64,000 nucleotides of DNA from Stegostoma tigrinum (lineage: Eukaryota): contig NC_081375.1 in assembly GCF_030684315.1 (NCBI RefSeq), positions 13,987,581 to 14,051,580 on the forward strand, written 5' to 3'. Below the pieces are notes generated by a model. The model was not told the DNA's origin and made no database searches. It saw nothing but the letters and a program-made list of their open reading frames with translations. The position numbers were made by a program, and so were the translations under genes. Below are positions 1 to 14,519 of this stretch, one piece after another. Positions within the stretch are counted from its first letter, which is position 1, and every line of letters starts with the position of its first letter.

Positions 1-479
1 CAATAACTTTGCTCAACAAATTCTACAAATCTTCCAAATTTAGTTGTCACTGCATTATCTGATGATTTCCAGGTTTCCATCACCCCTTGTGTAAAACAAA
101 AATGCTTCTTTTCAGCGGCCCAACTCCAATTCAGAACTTCTACCTCTTGCTCTGGATGATGCCAGCAGGAGAAATAACTTCTCCATCTACTTTACTGAAC
201 CCCTTTGGCGTTATAGGTACCTCAGTTCAAGAGGACACAAATATATTTATGTAAACCGAGCTCATAATTTAACTACTTTCTTCTTCATTCTGGTACCTGC
301 ATATTAAGTATGAAAGTACACATATTCCTAATGTTACTTGTTTTGCTGTAGACCTGTTCTCTCACAAAGAATTTAACATTAAACTTTGTTTTTCTCAAAT
401 CTAAGGTGGATGAGCTCACATTTACCCACATGAATTGCTGTTTATGATAGATTTGCCCAAATCTCATGCCAGAAAGTTA

Positions 480-800
480 CACACACAGTTTAGACTGACA
501 TCCTCATGCAGTGATGACTGGATGCTGCGCTATTGGATGGGCCAGCTTTTAGATGAAACATTAAACCGAGGCCTTCTTTACTCTCTAAGGTACATCTGAA
601 GGATCCTATAGCACAACCAGGAAAAGGAAAGAGCAGGGTATTCTGTTCGTCTCAACATTTATACCAAAATCAACACAACTAAAAGCAGATTATTTAATTA
701 TTTTACTTATTTATAGTTTAGTGCATCATGTTTTGCAGACATTCGCTACATCTTGCGCCTATCTAAATGACTGCATCTCAATGTAATCCATTGTCTGCGA
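480..800 (+). mobile_element. Decayed DeuSINE (SacSINE1/AmnSINE1-like)
   Basis: Deu-domain-like motif gcagtgatgactggatgctgcgctattggatgggccagcttttagatgaaacattaaaccgaggcc, followed by a typical 3' tail. Confidence 0.6.
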
Positions 801-1120
801 GGGCCTTTCAGACCGCCATGCAAAAAGCACAATATAAAAATGAACTTTTTCTTTCTCTTACAGATACTTTGGATTTATTTTAAACCTCTATCTGGCTGCT
901 AACTTACATAATTTATTTTGAGTAAATTACAATTTCAAGACTCTGGACTCAATCTTTTGAACAAGTCCTGATGCTACATTTTAAGTTTAATGTTGTTGTT
1001 GAACAAACACAGTTATAAGCAAAATTAAATAGGAAGCACGGTTTCCTTCCAAGTGCTAATTCTCTCTAGAAAGTTTAATTAAGAAAAAAAGTAGCATTTT
1101 TCAACATATAGATAACTCAC

Positions 1121-1195
1121 TGGCATGTATGGGTCTGCCAAAACAGAAAGGAAATACTTGTGACCATTGTCCTTCACCAAGTCAGCCTGGCAAGA
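1121..1195 (-). CDS. RPTOR: RPTOR coding exon (~exon 14, 75 nt): SCQADLVKDNGHKYFLSVLADPYMP
   Basis: Manual translation; ttttcag| acceptor and |gtgagt donor; the gene continues beyond both window ends. Confidence 0.96.
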
Positions 1196-2679
1196 CTGAA
1201 AAATAAGAAAAAAGGTAAGCTGTGTTACTGGGTATAGACAGAAAAACAGTACTAGTCTGACTAAGCTATTGCTTAATTATAAATCATAAATATTATCAAG
1301 ATCTTCCTGTATTCATTATGGGAATGCCGTGCACAGCCATTTAATAGTTTTCTCTTTGAATGACAGACCTGATCATAGGCAAGAAAAAAACATTTATTTT
1401 GTAAGGTTACTTAGTGCCCATGACTTTCATCAAAAAACATTATAATTGACACCAGTGTAATTTTGTCAGGCTATAGGATCCATATCATAATAATTTAGAA
1501 ATAATCATGGTTGTTAACTAAACCATAACTGGTGAAAGAACTATTATGTTTAAAGAAATTAAGGGAATACTGAGTAATCTTTATCATGACAATCAAATTA
1601 AACTAATTAGTTATTCCTTTAAAATTTTACATTATTGGCTTAAAGCTATTGCAGTGAGATATAACAAGGTTCAAGCCACTTGTCACAATGGGCAAAGTGT
1701 AAAAATGCAGCTCATTTAAGGTAAAATGTAGAACGTACACGAGATTAAAAGGTGCTCAGAGAACTGACTTTGAACTCTTTTTGGATCCAAAAATCACTGG
1801 ATGTACATATTTCATGTTCTTGAACCTCATTACTTATTTAACAAAAAGTAGCATGAAATGTTTAAAATATGAAGCTGAGGATTGAAGACGCAAGACTTTG
1901 GTTTAAATTTGTTAAGGCCCTACTGCTGAAGATTAAAAGTGCAAGCATCAGTCATTTTTTCAATACGTTTCACTTGATTAAGCAAGTCAGAAATTAATCT
2001 ATATGATGCTTGACTGTAATTTGTTACAAAACACTTTCTGTAGGGAAGAACAGCCATATGACCAAGATCAAAAGACATGTGGTTTAACAGCAGTTTTTAT
2101 GGCCCATGTTAACAATGAAAATGTTTAGAGGTAATCAGTTTTTAAAGACCCAACAATGTTGTAACCTACTTTAGTGTTGCAATTTAAAGTAAGAGACTTA
2201 TGTATACTTGTTTTGAACTGTACGTATTTTGCAGTATCATATAATGGCGCTTTGTTACTTCAATGTGATTTTTGAAAGTAACTTTGTTAACTCATATCAG
2301 CAGTCATTATGGAGTCATTCATATTGTTTTTATTAAGACATTGATAGACTTTGAGGTTTTCTACAGTAATTAGTTGTATCAGTTAGAACATTTGGTGGGT
2401 AAAACTGCATACTCTCAAACATGTAAATTACTCCAGTGATGCCAGATTATCATGATAGCTCACTGACCTTTTAGACTTCTAAGTGAGATAAAAAGGGATT
2501 GATAGGTCATGGTGAATCAGGAGATAGTAGAATGTGATATCGATAGGATTACCAGCTCTTTTAAAATTGTGTCTATACTGTATGCAAGGTAAAAAGAAAT
2601 ACAGAGCATGTTTGTGCAGCATGTATCACAGCTCAATGCTCATAACATGTTATTTAATTAAATACATAAATAACTTATT

Positions 2680-2752
2680 TTACAAAAGTGAAGTACTAGA
2701 AATCTGAAATAAAAACAGAGTGCTAGAGACACTCAGGTCTGGCAGCTTCTGT
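2680..2752 (-). mobile_element. Old Penelope-derived terminal fragment (single partial arm)
   Basis: aaatctgaaataaaaacagagtgctagagacactcaggtctggcagc resembles the arms at 41500-41590 and 62090-62170. Confidence 0.45.
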
Positions 2753-2774
2753 TTATTTCTCTATCTCTATTTTG

Positions 2775-3540
2775 CACAGACCTAAACTAATGCAACATTC
2801 AAAGGTGCTTCACAGAAGCATTACAAGGCAAGAGCTACGCTAAGCCACATAGGAAGATATCAGGCAGAAGACTAAAAGCTTGATAAAAGGAGCAGGCTTT
2901 AAGAGGCATCATAAAGGACAGCAGAGGGATGGAGGGATAGAATTTCAGAGGTTGGGGCCTGGGAAACCAGTGGTGAGCCAACCACGATGTTAAGTTGAGT
3001 ACACAAGAGACCCAGGATTAGAAGTGTGCAGAGATATTGGAGGGTTGGAGGAGATTACAGAAATAAAGAGGGGAAGGTCATGGAGAGATGTGAAAACAAG
3101 GAGAATACTACAACTAAAATATCACTTGACTAGAAGTCGATGTAGGTCAGGACCTTGGGGTGGATAGGGGAATGGGACTTTGTTACGCCTTTTGATGACC
3201 AGTAGATGAGAAGAGAGCAGTGTATCAGTAAAGCCCAGCCGACAGGCAATGATGCCACGAATAAGGTTTTAGATGACAAGCTATGACAGGGCAAAGTTGA
3301 ACACAAATGGAGGTAGGAATAGGCTTTCCTAGAAATGACATGAATCAAGTCAGCAGTTTACCTTAGGATCAAATGTGAAACCATGATTGTGAATAAATTG
3401 GCTTAATTGTTGTCAGGGAGAGGGTAGATTTGACTAACACAGAAGACAGTTTGGACTATGGCCAAAAACACTGGCTTTAGTCTTCCCAATATTTAATTGG
3501 GCAAAGTTTCTGCTCATCCAGTGCTCAAAGTTTTCTGAGA
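2775..3540 (-). mobile_element. Highly decayed L2-like LINE 3' portion
   Basis: Purine-rich plus strand with L2-like 3' end (aaaggtgcttcacag...gagcaggctttaagagg); no intact ORF. Confidence 0.45.
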
Positions 3541-3655
3541 AGTTAGCTATTTTAACAAAAGAGTTTTCAAGACAGGTATATGTAAAATCTTTGATGGGAT
3601 TGTGCTATAGGCCCCCTCCAATAGTAACAGGGAAACTGAGAAACAAATACATAGG

Positions 3656-3976
3656 GAGATTAGATTAGATTCCCTAGAGTGTGGAAACAGGCTCTTCGGC
3701 CCAACAAGTCCACACCGCCCCTTGAAGCATCCCACCCAGACCCATCCCCCTATAACCTACACACCCCTGAACACTATTGGCAATTTAGCATGGCCAACCC
3801 ACCTATCCTGCACATCTTTGGACTGTGGGAGGAAACCGGAGCACCCGGAGGAAGGCCACGCAGGCACGGGGAGAATGTGCAAACTCCACACAGACAGTCG
3901 CCCGAGGTGGGAATCGAACCAGGGTCCCTGGCGCTGTGAGGCTGCAGTGCTAACCACTGAGCCACCGTGCCGCCCC
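3656..3976 (-). mobile_element. HE1-type V-SINE (tRNA-derived head, CR1-like tail)
   Basis: Minus-strand head GGGGCGGCACGGTGGCTCAGTGGTTAGCACT...GGTTCGATTCCC (A and B boxes), V-domain GTGTGGAGTTTGCACATTCTCCCCGTG, (CTAAT)n tail. Confidence 0.88.
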
Positions 3977-4039
3977 AGATCTCAGAAATACGCAAGCATA
4001 AGGTAAAAATAATGAGTATTTTAATTTTCCAAACATTGA

Positions 4040-6315
4040 ATGGGGCTACCATAGTGTTAAAGGTTTGAATGGTGGAGAATTTGTCAAATATGTTTAAGAA
4101 AATTCTTTATCAATAGATAGATGCTCCTACTTGAGGAGGAGCAAGACTAGACCTTCTTTTGGGCAATAAGGCAGGGCAGGTGACGGAAGGGGGGAACACT
4201 GTGGGTTTAGCAATCATCATTCTAATAGTGTCAAAATGGTTATGGAAAAGGATAAGCCTTCCATGAAAGTTAAAGGTTTTAATTGGAGTAAGGCAGACTT
4301 TAACGCTATGAGATAAGAACTTACAAAAGTTGATTGGAATAGACTGTTCGCAAGTAAAAGGACATCTGACAAGTGGGAAGCATTCAAGAGTGTGATGATC
4401 AGAGTTCAGAGGCATTTTGTTCCTGTTAAAGTGAGGGGTAAGGCTGGTAAGATTAAGGAACAATGAATGACTAAAGATATTGAGGTTCTAGTCAATAATA
4501 AGAGAATCTTATTTTAGACACAGATAACTTGGTTCAATTGAATCTTTTAGTCAATATAAAAAGAGTAGGGGCCTTCTTGAGAGAGAAATCAGGAAGGTAC
4601 AGAGGAATGGGATAGCACTAGCTATCCTGGTTAAGGATAATCCAAAGAGATACTACAAATACATTAAGAGCAAGACAATAACTAGACAGGGTAGGACATC
4701 TTAAAAGATCAACGAGGTGTCCTTGATTCTAAATGAATATTTCACTTCAAGGTTTACTGTGGAGAAAGAAATGGATCTAGACAATGCAGAGAAATAAATT
4801 TGGATGTTTTAAAAACAGTTCATGTTACAGAATAGGAAATTTGAGAGTTCTTAGAGAATATAAAGGTAGATTAATCTGTGGGACCTGATCTAATGTTTCC
4901 CAGAACGTTATGAGAAGTAAAGGAGGAAACTACAAGACTCCTTGCAGAAATATGTGCATCACTTATAACTACAGGTGACCTGCCTGATGACTACAGGGTT
5001 GTACCATTGTTTAAGAAATGTTGTGAGGAAAAATGAGGGAACTACAGACCTGAGAGTCTGACTACTACTGTGGGTAAAATGTTGGAGGCGATGATAAAAG
5101 ATGGGATTTATGGACATTTGGAGGGGGGAAAAAATTGATTAGGGATAGTCAGCATGGTTTCGTGCAAGGAAAATTGTGTCTCACAAACTTGTTAGTTTCT
5201 TTGAGGACATTAGCAAAAAGATTGATGATGGCAGAGCAACAGACATTGTTTATTTGGGTTTCAGTAAGGCCTTTGACAAGATTCCGCATGGTAGTTTAAT
5301 TAGGTCACAAGGGATTCACAGTGAGCAGGCCAATTGAATACAAAATTGACTTAAAGGCAGGAGGGGGAGAGTAATGGTGGAGAGCTGCTTTTCAGACTGG
5401 AGGCCTCCAACCAGCGGTGTTCCACCGGGATCAATTCTGGGTCCATTGTCATTTGTCATTTATATAAATGATTTGGATGAGAACATGGAAGGTATGGTTA
5501 GCAAGTTTGCAGATGACACCAAAATCGGTGGTTTAGTAGATGTGAAAAAAGTTTAATAGGATTACAGAGGGATCTTGATCAAATGGGTCAATAGGGTGAA
5601 AAACAGCAGATGGCGTTCAATCTGGATAAATGCAAGGAAACCAAGGGTGCAGGTAGAGAATTCTTTGAAGTTTGAGTCACATATAGACAGGATGGTTAGA
5701 AAGGCACTTGACATGTTTGCCTTCATTGCTCAGTCCTTTGAGTATAGGGAGTTGGCAAGTAATGTAGAGGTAGTACAGGATAATAGTGATGTCTCATCTG
5801 GAATACAGTGTCCAGTTCTGGTCACTCAATTATAGGAAGGATATTATCAAGCTGGAGGGGGTTCAGAAGAGGTTTACCAGGATGTTGCTGGGTATGGAAG
5901 TTTTGAGTCATAAAGAAAGGCTGGATAAGCTGGGACTTTTGCACTGGAATGTAGGAGGTTGAGAGGCCACCTGACAGAAGTTTATAAAATAATGAGAGGT
6001 ATAGACAGAGTTAGTGGAAGTTGTCTTTTCCCTAGGATGGGGGGTTTCAACACTACGGGGCACATTTTTAAGGTGAGAGGAGAGGGATTTTAAAAAAAGA
6101 CAAGGCAAATATTTTGCACAGAGGGAGGTTCGCATGTGGAATGAACTTCCTGAGGAAGTGGTGGATGCAGGCACAATTACATTTAGAAGACATTTTGATA
6201 AGTATATGAATAGGAAAGGTTTGGAGGAACAGACAGGTGGGTCTCGTTTAGTTTGGGATTATGCTCGACATGGACTGGTTGGGCCGAAGCGTCTGTTTCC
6301 ATGCTGTATGTCTCT
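4040..6315 (+). mobile_element. Decayed CR1 LINE ORF2 (linker, RT and 3' end)
   Basis: Fragments TSGVPPGSILGPLSFVIYINDLD, SKFADDTKIGG and WNELPEEVVDAG; CR1 3' terminus ttgggccgaagcgtctgtttccatgctgtat; many stops and frameshifts. Confidence 0.9.
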
Positions 6316-7277
6316 AAGTCACCAAGCCACAGCATGCAGAGGAGAGATAGGAGGACAGGCCAGGATTGATTCTTGGAGAAACACCAGAGTTAAATAGTGC
6401 AGGAGCACGCAGAGATGCCGAGAGAAACAAATGTAAAGGATTTGACATCACTCTCTTTTACCAGCTAAAAATATTAAATATTGCCCATCTTTATTTCAAG
6501 TACTAAATAAAGAACAACACAACAAACTGCTACTTCCTAAATGTTATAAAGTAACGATTGCACTGAGGATTATGTTAAATGCTATAAATACAAGGTTATG
6601 GTCAAACAAGGTCAAGATTAATTCAACACAAATTCAAAATTTCCTCAAAAGATACAGTGCCTATACAAATAATACACAAAAGTAAGGCTGAGCAAAATTA
6701 TCTATGTCCTCTAGCTGCAATTTTGTTTTGTACTTCAACTCACTTTCTCTATTGGTACCTCCTTCATTTTGCTCCACTAATCCCCAAAGTTATAATTCTT
6801 GAGAGAATATGATCAGGATAGTTTGAATGCTCCCTTATGTGAAAGCTTGTAGGTTCCCTGTTTCATTCAACAGAAGGCTTAATTTGGTGAGATTATTTTT
6901 TTTAGAAACAGAAGGTCTTCCCCTCACAATTTCATGGGTTAGAGTTAAATGTTAATTGAAGGCAACAAAGACTACTAAGGAATTCTCAATTTAGAGAAAA
7001 TAAATTATATTCTGGACACTTCAAGACTTAGTAGATTTAGGTTCTTCAGGTGAATGCTAATGATGACTTATGCAAGTTATCCTCAATGGAAACACTTAAA
7101 TATGCTCAAAATTTTCATATAATTTCAAATAGGAAGTCTCAAAACAAACTGAAAAGATAAAGTGAGAATGAACTTGAATTTAAATACTGGAAACTGCAGG
7201 TAGAGAATCCAATATCATGGGTCATCCAGTTTTCAGGAATCACACAAAGTCAACCGTCAATAATCCTGCCCACTTCA

Positions 7278-9884
7278 ATAGAACATAGAACAGTACAGGC
7301 CCTTTGGCCCATGATGTTGTGCCGATCTATTGTCCTGTAAGATCAATCTACCCTGCATACCCTACATTTTACTATCTGCCTATCCAGGAGTTGTTTAAAA
7401 GTCTCTAAAGTATCTGACTCCACTACCACTGCCAGCAGCGCATTCCACATGCCCACCACTCTCTGTGTGAAGAACCGACCTCTGACATCTCCTCTATACC
7501 TTCCTGCAATCACCTTAAAATTATGCCCCTCATAATAGTCACTTCTGCTGGGAAAAAAATCTCTGACCATTCACACTATCTATGCCTCATCATCTTGTAT
7601 ACCTCTAACAAGTCACCTCTCATCCTTTTCACTCCAATGAAAAAAGCCCTAGCTCCCTCAACCTTTCCTCATAAGACCTGCCCTCCAGTCCAGGCAGCAT
7701 CCTAGTAAATCTCCTTTGCACCCTCTCTAAAGCTTCCACATCTTTCCTATAATGAGGTGACCAGAACTGAACACAATATTTCAAGCGCAATCTAACCGGA
7801 GTTTTATAGAGGTGCAGTATAACTTCATGGCTCTTAAACTGCCAATGAAAGCCAACACACCACACACCTTCTTGGGTAGCTTGTATCCAGACAGCCAGAT
7901 TTCCCCGAATTCCATGCCTCCTTACTTTCTGAATGAGCGTACCATGTGGAGCCTTATCAAAATCCTTGCTAAATCCATATAAGCCACATCCACTGATCTA
8001 CCTTCATTGACGTGTTTTGTCACATCTTCAAAGGATTCAACAAGCCTTGTGAGGCATGACCTGCCCCTCATAAAGCCATTAGGACTATTTCTAATCAAAT
8101 CATGCTTTTCCAAATAATTGTAAACACTATCTCTCAGGATCCTCTCCAATAATTTGTCCATCACAGAAGTAAGACTGACTGGTCTGTAATTTCCAGGATT
8201 ATCCCTATTTTCTTTTTTGAACAAGGGAACGACATTCACCACCCTCCAATCTTCTGGCACTACTCCAGTGGAGAGTGAGGATTCAAAGATCATTGCCAAA
8301 GGGGCAACATTCTCGACCCTCGCTTCCCGTAGTAGCCTTGGGTATATCCCGTCTGGCCCACGCGATCTATCTATCCTCACGTTTTTCAAAATTTCTAGCA
8401 CATCCTCCTTCCTAACAACAATCTGTTTGAGCATATCTGCCTGCTTCATGCTGTCCTCACAAATGTCAAGTCCCACTCACTGGTGAATACTGAAGCAATG
8501 TATTTATTAAGGACCTCTCCTACCTCCTCTGACCACTCACACAAGTTCCCTCCACTATCCCCAACTGGCCCTACTCTCACTCTGGCCATTCTCTTGTTGC
8601 TCACTTAAGTATAGAAAGCCTTGGGGTTTTCCTTGATCCTACTTGAAAAGGTTTTCTCATACCCGCTTCTAGCTTTCTTAAGTCCATTCTTCAATTCCTC
8701 CTTCCTGGCTACCATCTAGACCTCTAGAGCCCTGTCTGATCCTTGCCTCCTCAACTTTAAGTAAGCTTCCTTCGTCCTCGACTAGGTGTTCCACATGTCT
8801 TGTCATTCAAGATTCCTTCTCCTTAGCATCCTTTCCTTGCCTCAGTGGGACAAACCTATCCAGTACCTGTGGCAATTGCTCCCAAAACAACCTCCACATT
8901 TTTATTGTGCATTTCCCTGAGAACATCTGATCCCAATTTATGTTCCGTAGTTTTTGCCTCATTGCATTGTAATTCCCCCTCCCCCAATTAAATACTTTCC
9001 CATAGCGTCTGCTCCTATCCCCCTCCATGACTATAGTAAAGGTCAGGGAGTTGTGATCACTATCACCAAAATGCTCGTCCACCGAGAGATCTGACACCTG
9101 ACCTGTTTCATTGCCAAGCACCAAATCCAATATGGCCTCCCCTCTAGTTAGGCCTATTTACACATTGAGTCAGAAATCCTTCCTGGACATACCTGACAAA
9201 ATCTGCTCCATTCAAACTATTTGCACTTAGGAAGTTCCAGTCAATTTTAGGGAAATTGAAGACACCCATGACAACAACCCTATTACTTCTGCACTTTTCC
9301 AAAATCTGTCTCCCAATCTGTTCCTCAGTGTCTCTGTTGCTGCTTCGGGGGGTCGACAGAAAACTCCCAATAAAGTGACTGCTCCTTTCCTGTTTCTGAC
9401 TTCCACCCAAACTGACTCAGTGATCTGTAGTTCTGGTTCCCATCCCCCTGATGAACGAGTTTAAACCCTCCTAAAGGACTCTCGCAGAACTCCTGCCCAG
9501 GATATTGGTGCTCCTCCAGTTCAGGTGCAACCTGTCCTTCATGTACAGGTCCCACCTTCCCAAGAAGGTATCCCAATTATACGCAAACCTGAAGCCCTCC
9601 GTCCTACACCAGCTCTGCAGCCAAGTGTTCAGCAGCATTCTCTCTATGTTTCTAGCCTCACTAGCCTGTAGCACTGGTAGTAATCCTGAGATTACTACTC
9701 TACTCGTCCTGGCTTTCAGATTCCATCCTAACTCCCTATATAATCACTTATCAGTTCTGCATACCGCTTCCTAGCTATGTCATTGGTGCTGATGTGTACC
9801 ATGACTTCTGGCTGCTCTCCCTCCCCCTTAAGAATACTGAATATTTGATCCGGGATATCCCTGACCCTGGCACCCAGGAGACAA
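7278..9884 (-). mobile_element. CR1 LINE with internal deletions: ORF1 SGNH-esterase remnant, APE endonuclease, RT and 3' tail
   Basis: ORF1-like WLQSWCRTEGFRF...WDLYMKDRLHLN; APE-like VVVMGVFNFPKIDW and EHFGDSDHN; RT GPDGIYPRLLRE...NYRPVSLTSV; RT middle deleted near 7865-7920; (atagaac)n tail at 7278. Confidence 0.92.
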
Positions 9885-9974
9885 CTTTAAGGAGAAGGTA
9901 AATATGATTGAAGTGGAGAAAGACTGCAGAAAGCAACAGCACCAAAGGATTTGAGAATCAACGTGGGGTATTAA

Positions 9975-10212
9975 CTGAGACGCTTCAGAGATAGCTTACC
10001 TACTATTTATCAAAATAGTGCTGTTTACATCCACCTAATAGATGGGGGCAGCTGAGGCCTTCATCTTTCATCTAAAAGAGTGTACACCTCTGACTGTGCA
10101 GCATCCTTCAGTATTGCACTGCACAACTTTTTGTGCTCAAGGTTGTGAAGGGAGACTTAGAACACTATTTTTTGATCTAGAAATAAGCATAGTATCAACC
10201 GAGCCAAAGCCA
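9975..10212 (-). mobile_element. Decayed DeuSINE
   Basis: acctctgactgtgcagcatccttcagtattgcactg...tgtgctcaag...gacttagaac...accgagccaaagc reads as a Deu domain plus tRNA-derived head on the minus strand. Confidence 0.6.
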
Positions 10213-13200
10213 GGCTCTAATAAACAGAGCAAGAAACTGAGTGCCAAATATAACGAAAAGCTTCCTGGCTCAGCAAAGTAATTAAAGACAGTGAATAATA
10301 TTACAATGCTTATCAATATTAGTTGAACGTGCTAATACTTGTCAGAAAGCAGCGACATGGGTCTTTACCTCAAAGGAAAAAAAAGCAGGGTTCAATTCTC
10401 CTTTAGCAATATACCGCAAGACATTGTACAGAAATATCACTCAACATGTTCAATCAATCTGATTGTATATATTCAAAATACATCTTTATATAACCAACTT
10501 TGGTATTTATAATGCTGCTTCAATACAAGAGATTTTGAATATCAATTATTGTAATAAGCAACAGGAAAAATTTAGTCTACAATTCCAATCCAATCTCATA
10601 AAAGTCAAACTATGGAGGACCTCGAGCACCATACCATTTTCAACTCAAGTCAGCAGCAGCACACTTAGTGGGCTGCACAATTTTATTTTAAAAGTGTCTG
10701 AGTGACCTACTCTGCATTTTGGGATTTCCAGTTATTTAAACGTGAAAGTTAAAGTTGCTATTCCCTCTCGCAATGTCATTCTAAGTTAGTCTGCTTTGCA
10801 GGGAAAAGCCGGAAATAACAGGATTCCAATGTTACGATGACTCGACACGCATTGCAGCGGGAAATACCAGCTACAGATTAGTAACTGCAGTTGAAGTGAA
10901 CCAAGGGCATGACTTTTTGACACCAGCATGAATGAAATATATAAAGTACCTGCATCATCCAAATTCAAACCTAATGCATTATTCAAATAGCACTAAGAAG
11001 TTTCTGCTCCTGTAGAAAAAAATATACAAAGCAACGCTAATCGCCCTTCAAGTTTCTTTACCATAATCAGAATTTTCAGACTTAAGTTCAAATTGGTTTT
11101 AACTGGTGGCAGGCTTTTCATACAAAATTAGCTGTTTTACATAAAAGATGATATTTAAGGGACATTGGCCATTGCACTGTATTCTCAAATCTCTTTATCC
11201 TGGAGATGAACACTGACTATATGAAATATTTAAAATAAAATATGTTCATTTGCGAGGTATTGTCAAAAAGAGCTGGAAGTAAAGTAAATTAATGTTTAAT
11301 GCCTTGCTGCAGTATCTCCTGATTTCTAGCCCTTAACTGCATCCCAGTGGAAGGATACACACTGCCCCAAGTGTCCAGGAATGCTGGTAGCTTTAAAAAA
11401 AACCAAGAAATGTGCAAATGCACAACAGGGCCAACATCATTTTAAAATGAAGTTCTCTCTTTGCCTTTCTGTAAACAATCTGTTCACAACTGCTTGCCTC
11501 CTCCTTTGAAGCATCTAAGAGATCAGAAAGTGTGTAAGAAGAACTGCAGAAGCAAAATACTGCTTGACAACTCCAGGGAATAGAGGCAGCTTGCCAACAG
11601 TATGCTGCAACTTTTCAGGGAGTGCAGCAGCAAGCTTATTGGCCAAAGCATAGAGAGTTTATTCAGCACAACTTTAATAATGGCACAAGACTTCATAGTG
11701 GAAAGATTCTTCATTCCCTAAATGGATGTCTACATAGATAGTAACAGTCAATGTTAAATATTAATTTACAGGCACATGGTTTATCGCCTTTCCTAAAGAT
11801 AACATTAGTTTCACTGTAATAGCTTGTACAAGCCTGTGATTCTAGCTACAAGTTAATAACCGGAAACATGGTTATACATCTGAGTGTTAGCTTTTCACAG
11901 TGTGACTGGAATTACATACATCCTATAAAGCATTTCCTTTCTCAAAGTGGCTATGATAAAACTCCCCATTTGTAAACTAAGTGGAAAACACAACAAAGGT
12001 CACTGTGACAGGGTGCATCAATTCTAGGGCAAATTGAAGTACATTGAACATATTTTGTTTCATCTCAGGCCCGTGGACCAATCATAATATAAATGAACAT
12101 GAGAGGATAGCATTTTAATAGCTCTGAGTTTTCTAGGACAGAAAGCATTTTCCATCTTCCTAATTAATTACATTAGGTATAATAACCTCCATTGCAAGTG
12201 CTTGCAGTTAGCAGCCAGCTGTCTTGGCTTATATCCAATTTTGACAGGCTTTTATTGACTTGGACCCTTATGCACACTTTTTCAAAATTTGAGTAAACCA
12301 TGGACTTCATGGTGATTTAAACTGCATCATCCTTCCCACAATACTGGCAGAATCAGATGAAAAGCAAAATGAAATTTGACCCCGTATTTGCTGCAATCGT
12401 TGGCATATGATAAAAACAAAACGACTGCTTTAACACAATTTTCACATGGCCATTTGATAATGAAGGTACTGCACTAAAAATGGCAACCGCCAGGTTACAG
12501 CAGCTTAGGTTCCAGAGAAAACCATGTAAAAGACCTCAAAGAGATATCAGTATAAAAATGTCAATATGGTAATCCTGATAAAAACAAATACCTGTTACCA
12601 ATAGCAAGTGTATTGGATTGTTTTAGCAGATGCAAAAATGATCTTAAAATATTTGCCCAACTTCCTTCTGGTCTTAAAACAAAGCCTACAGTATTTCCTT
12701 ATACAGGGCAGCAAAATAGTGGTAATCGACAACATGGATACGGAACTGAAAAATATGCACATTGAAATATTAGATTGTATTATCTCTTTCAATTTTAATA
12801 ATTTGATTAAAATGTGTTACAATATAGCAAGGTGAAGGATTGTGGGAGCACCATTTCACTTGACCAAGTTCTATCCTGGTTGATAATAATCACAGACAAT
12901 AAATCTTTGCTGTCAAATGAGGCAACAAAAATGACACTGCATCATTCAACTTCAATTGCAGTGGTTTTAAATTTTATTTCACTACATGTTCCAAGAAACA
13001 CAATGTAAGTAATTATGCATGAAATTAATATTTGTGATTGTAACTAAGCTGGGCATAAGCACTATAACTTTCTCATGCTGACGTTTATTAATTATGAAGA
13101 GATAAATAACAACTGAGTAGAAGTTATCAAATTGTCAATCTTTTAGTGCAAGCTTAAACTGAAGCAGTTGTCAGAATTAACATTCCCCAAAGTCAGCTTG

Positions 13201-13959
13201 GCAAAAAAAATGCCAGTGAAATGCAGCCACACCTGACCAACAATCCTGTAATGGAAGGCACAAATGGTCATAAAATCATGAAACAGGAAAATGAAGGAAT
13301 GTTTTATTTATGTTTGGTTTGTATTTTGATTTAAATGCCATTGTCTGTAAAAATCCAACTTGTTTACTACATAAGGAAAAGCAATTGCAGGGATTCTTTT
13401 TCCAAACAATGAGTAAAGTTTGGTCATGCCAAAGCAATCTTATCACTTTCAATAATCTAATAATTTTGTTTTTATTAAGCAGCAATCTTCACAGCATGCA
13501 ATGAGATAAAGTTCAGGCTAATCAATATTGAGTCCACAAAAAATAATTCTAGCTTCATTATCTCAAGGTATCCATTTAGTATTTGTCTGAAATTATTCTA
13601 AGTCATATATACATCAATGGCGATCCATTTTAAATGTCAGCTGAATGGTTATAGTTACACAATAGAACTAAAAGATAAATTTGTAAACTGAAGAAATTAA
13701 TTGAAATGGCACGTGCTTACAATACAAGTACTTCTTCACTCAAGAATGTCATTCGCTCCAATACAGGTTTTCAAAATGGTCAGTCATTTCCAATCAGCAT
13801 GCATAAGTGACTGATGCCAATTCCATTGTAAAGGCAAATGGTTAATAGAATTTGCAGCAGATATCCACCTGAAATGTTAGCTGGGGAGTAGCAAATGCTT
13901 CACTCCTTGAAATGAAGATGTTTGCAAATTTCTGACTTTATTGAATACAATGAAGGGGA

Positions 13960-14262
13960 GGTGTTGCTGCAGTGGTAACTTCGCCAGACTGGGAATCCAG
14001 AACCTTAGACTAATGTTCTGGAGTCATTCAAATAAATGAAGACTGGAATAAAAAGATGGTCTAATTTGTGACTCGTAACCACTGTCAATTGTTGTAAGAA
14101 CTCATCTGATGTCTTTCTTCCATTCTTACCTGGTCTGGTCTACATGTGACTCCAGACCCAGAGTAATGTGGTTCACCCTTAACTGTTTTCTGAGCAATCT
14201 GGGATGGGCAATAAACGTTGACCTAGCCAGAAACACCCAAACCTGTGAACAAATCTTTAAAA
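13960..14262 (+). mobile_element. Old SINE whose 3' tail is shared with the LINE remnants at 28660-28800 and 62510-63800
   Basis: Tail gagcaatctgggatgggcaataaacgttgacctagccag...tgtgaacaaatctttaaaaa. Confidence 0.5.
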
Positions 14263-14519
14263 AGTGGAAAAGTTGCAGTTTGCAATTCAAGTAATTCAAC
14301 TTTTAAATGAAGAAGGTTTTAAAAAAAAGACTGCAACTACTGAGAGACAACTACAATAATCTTCAGTCCTGTCACACTTCTATCAATGTTTTTTCTTCGG
14401 ATTCAACACCCAGCTCTCTCTTTATGAGAGTTGAAGATAACTCATGGTCTAAGGAGCCTGAAAAATCAACACGCTGGTTGACAGGTAGTTCGACATCATC
14501 AGCTCACACATGAAGGCTG

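Noticed and set aside
3900-3976. tRNA gene
   Set aside because: A and B boxes are present but they form the head of an HE1-type SINE with body and tail.
4040-9884. Convergent CR1 pair as a hairpin-forming palindrome
   Set aside because: Different, well-diverged subfamilies with distinct 3' ends, ~1 kb apart; independent insertions.
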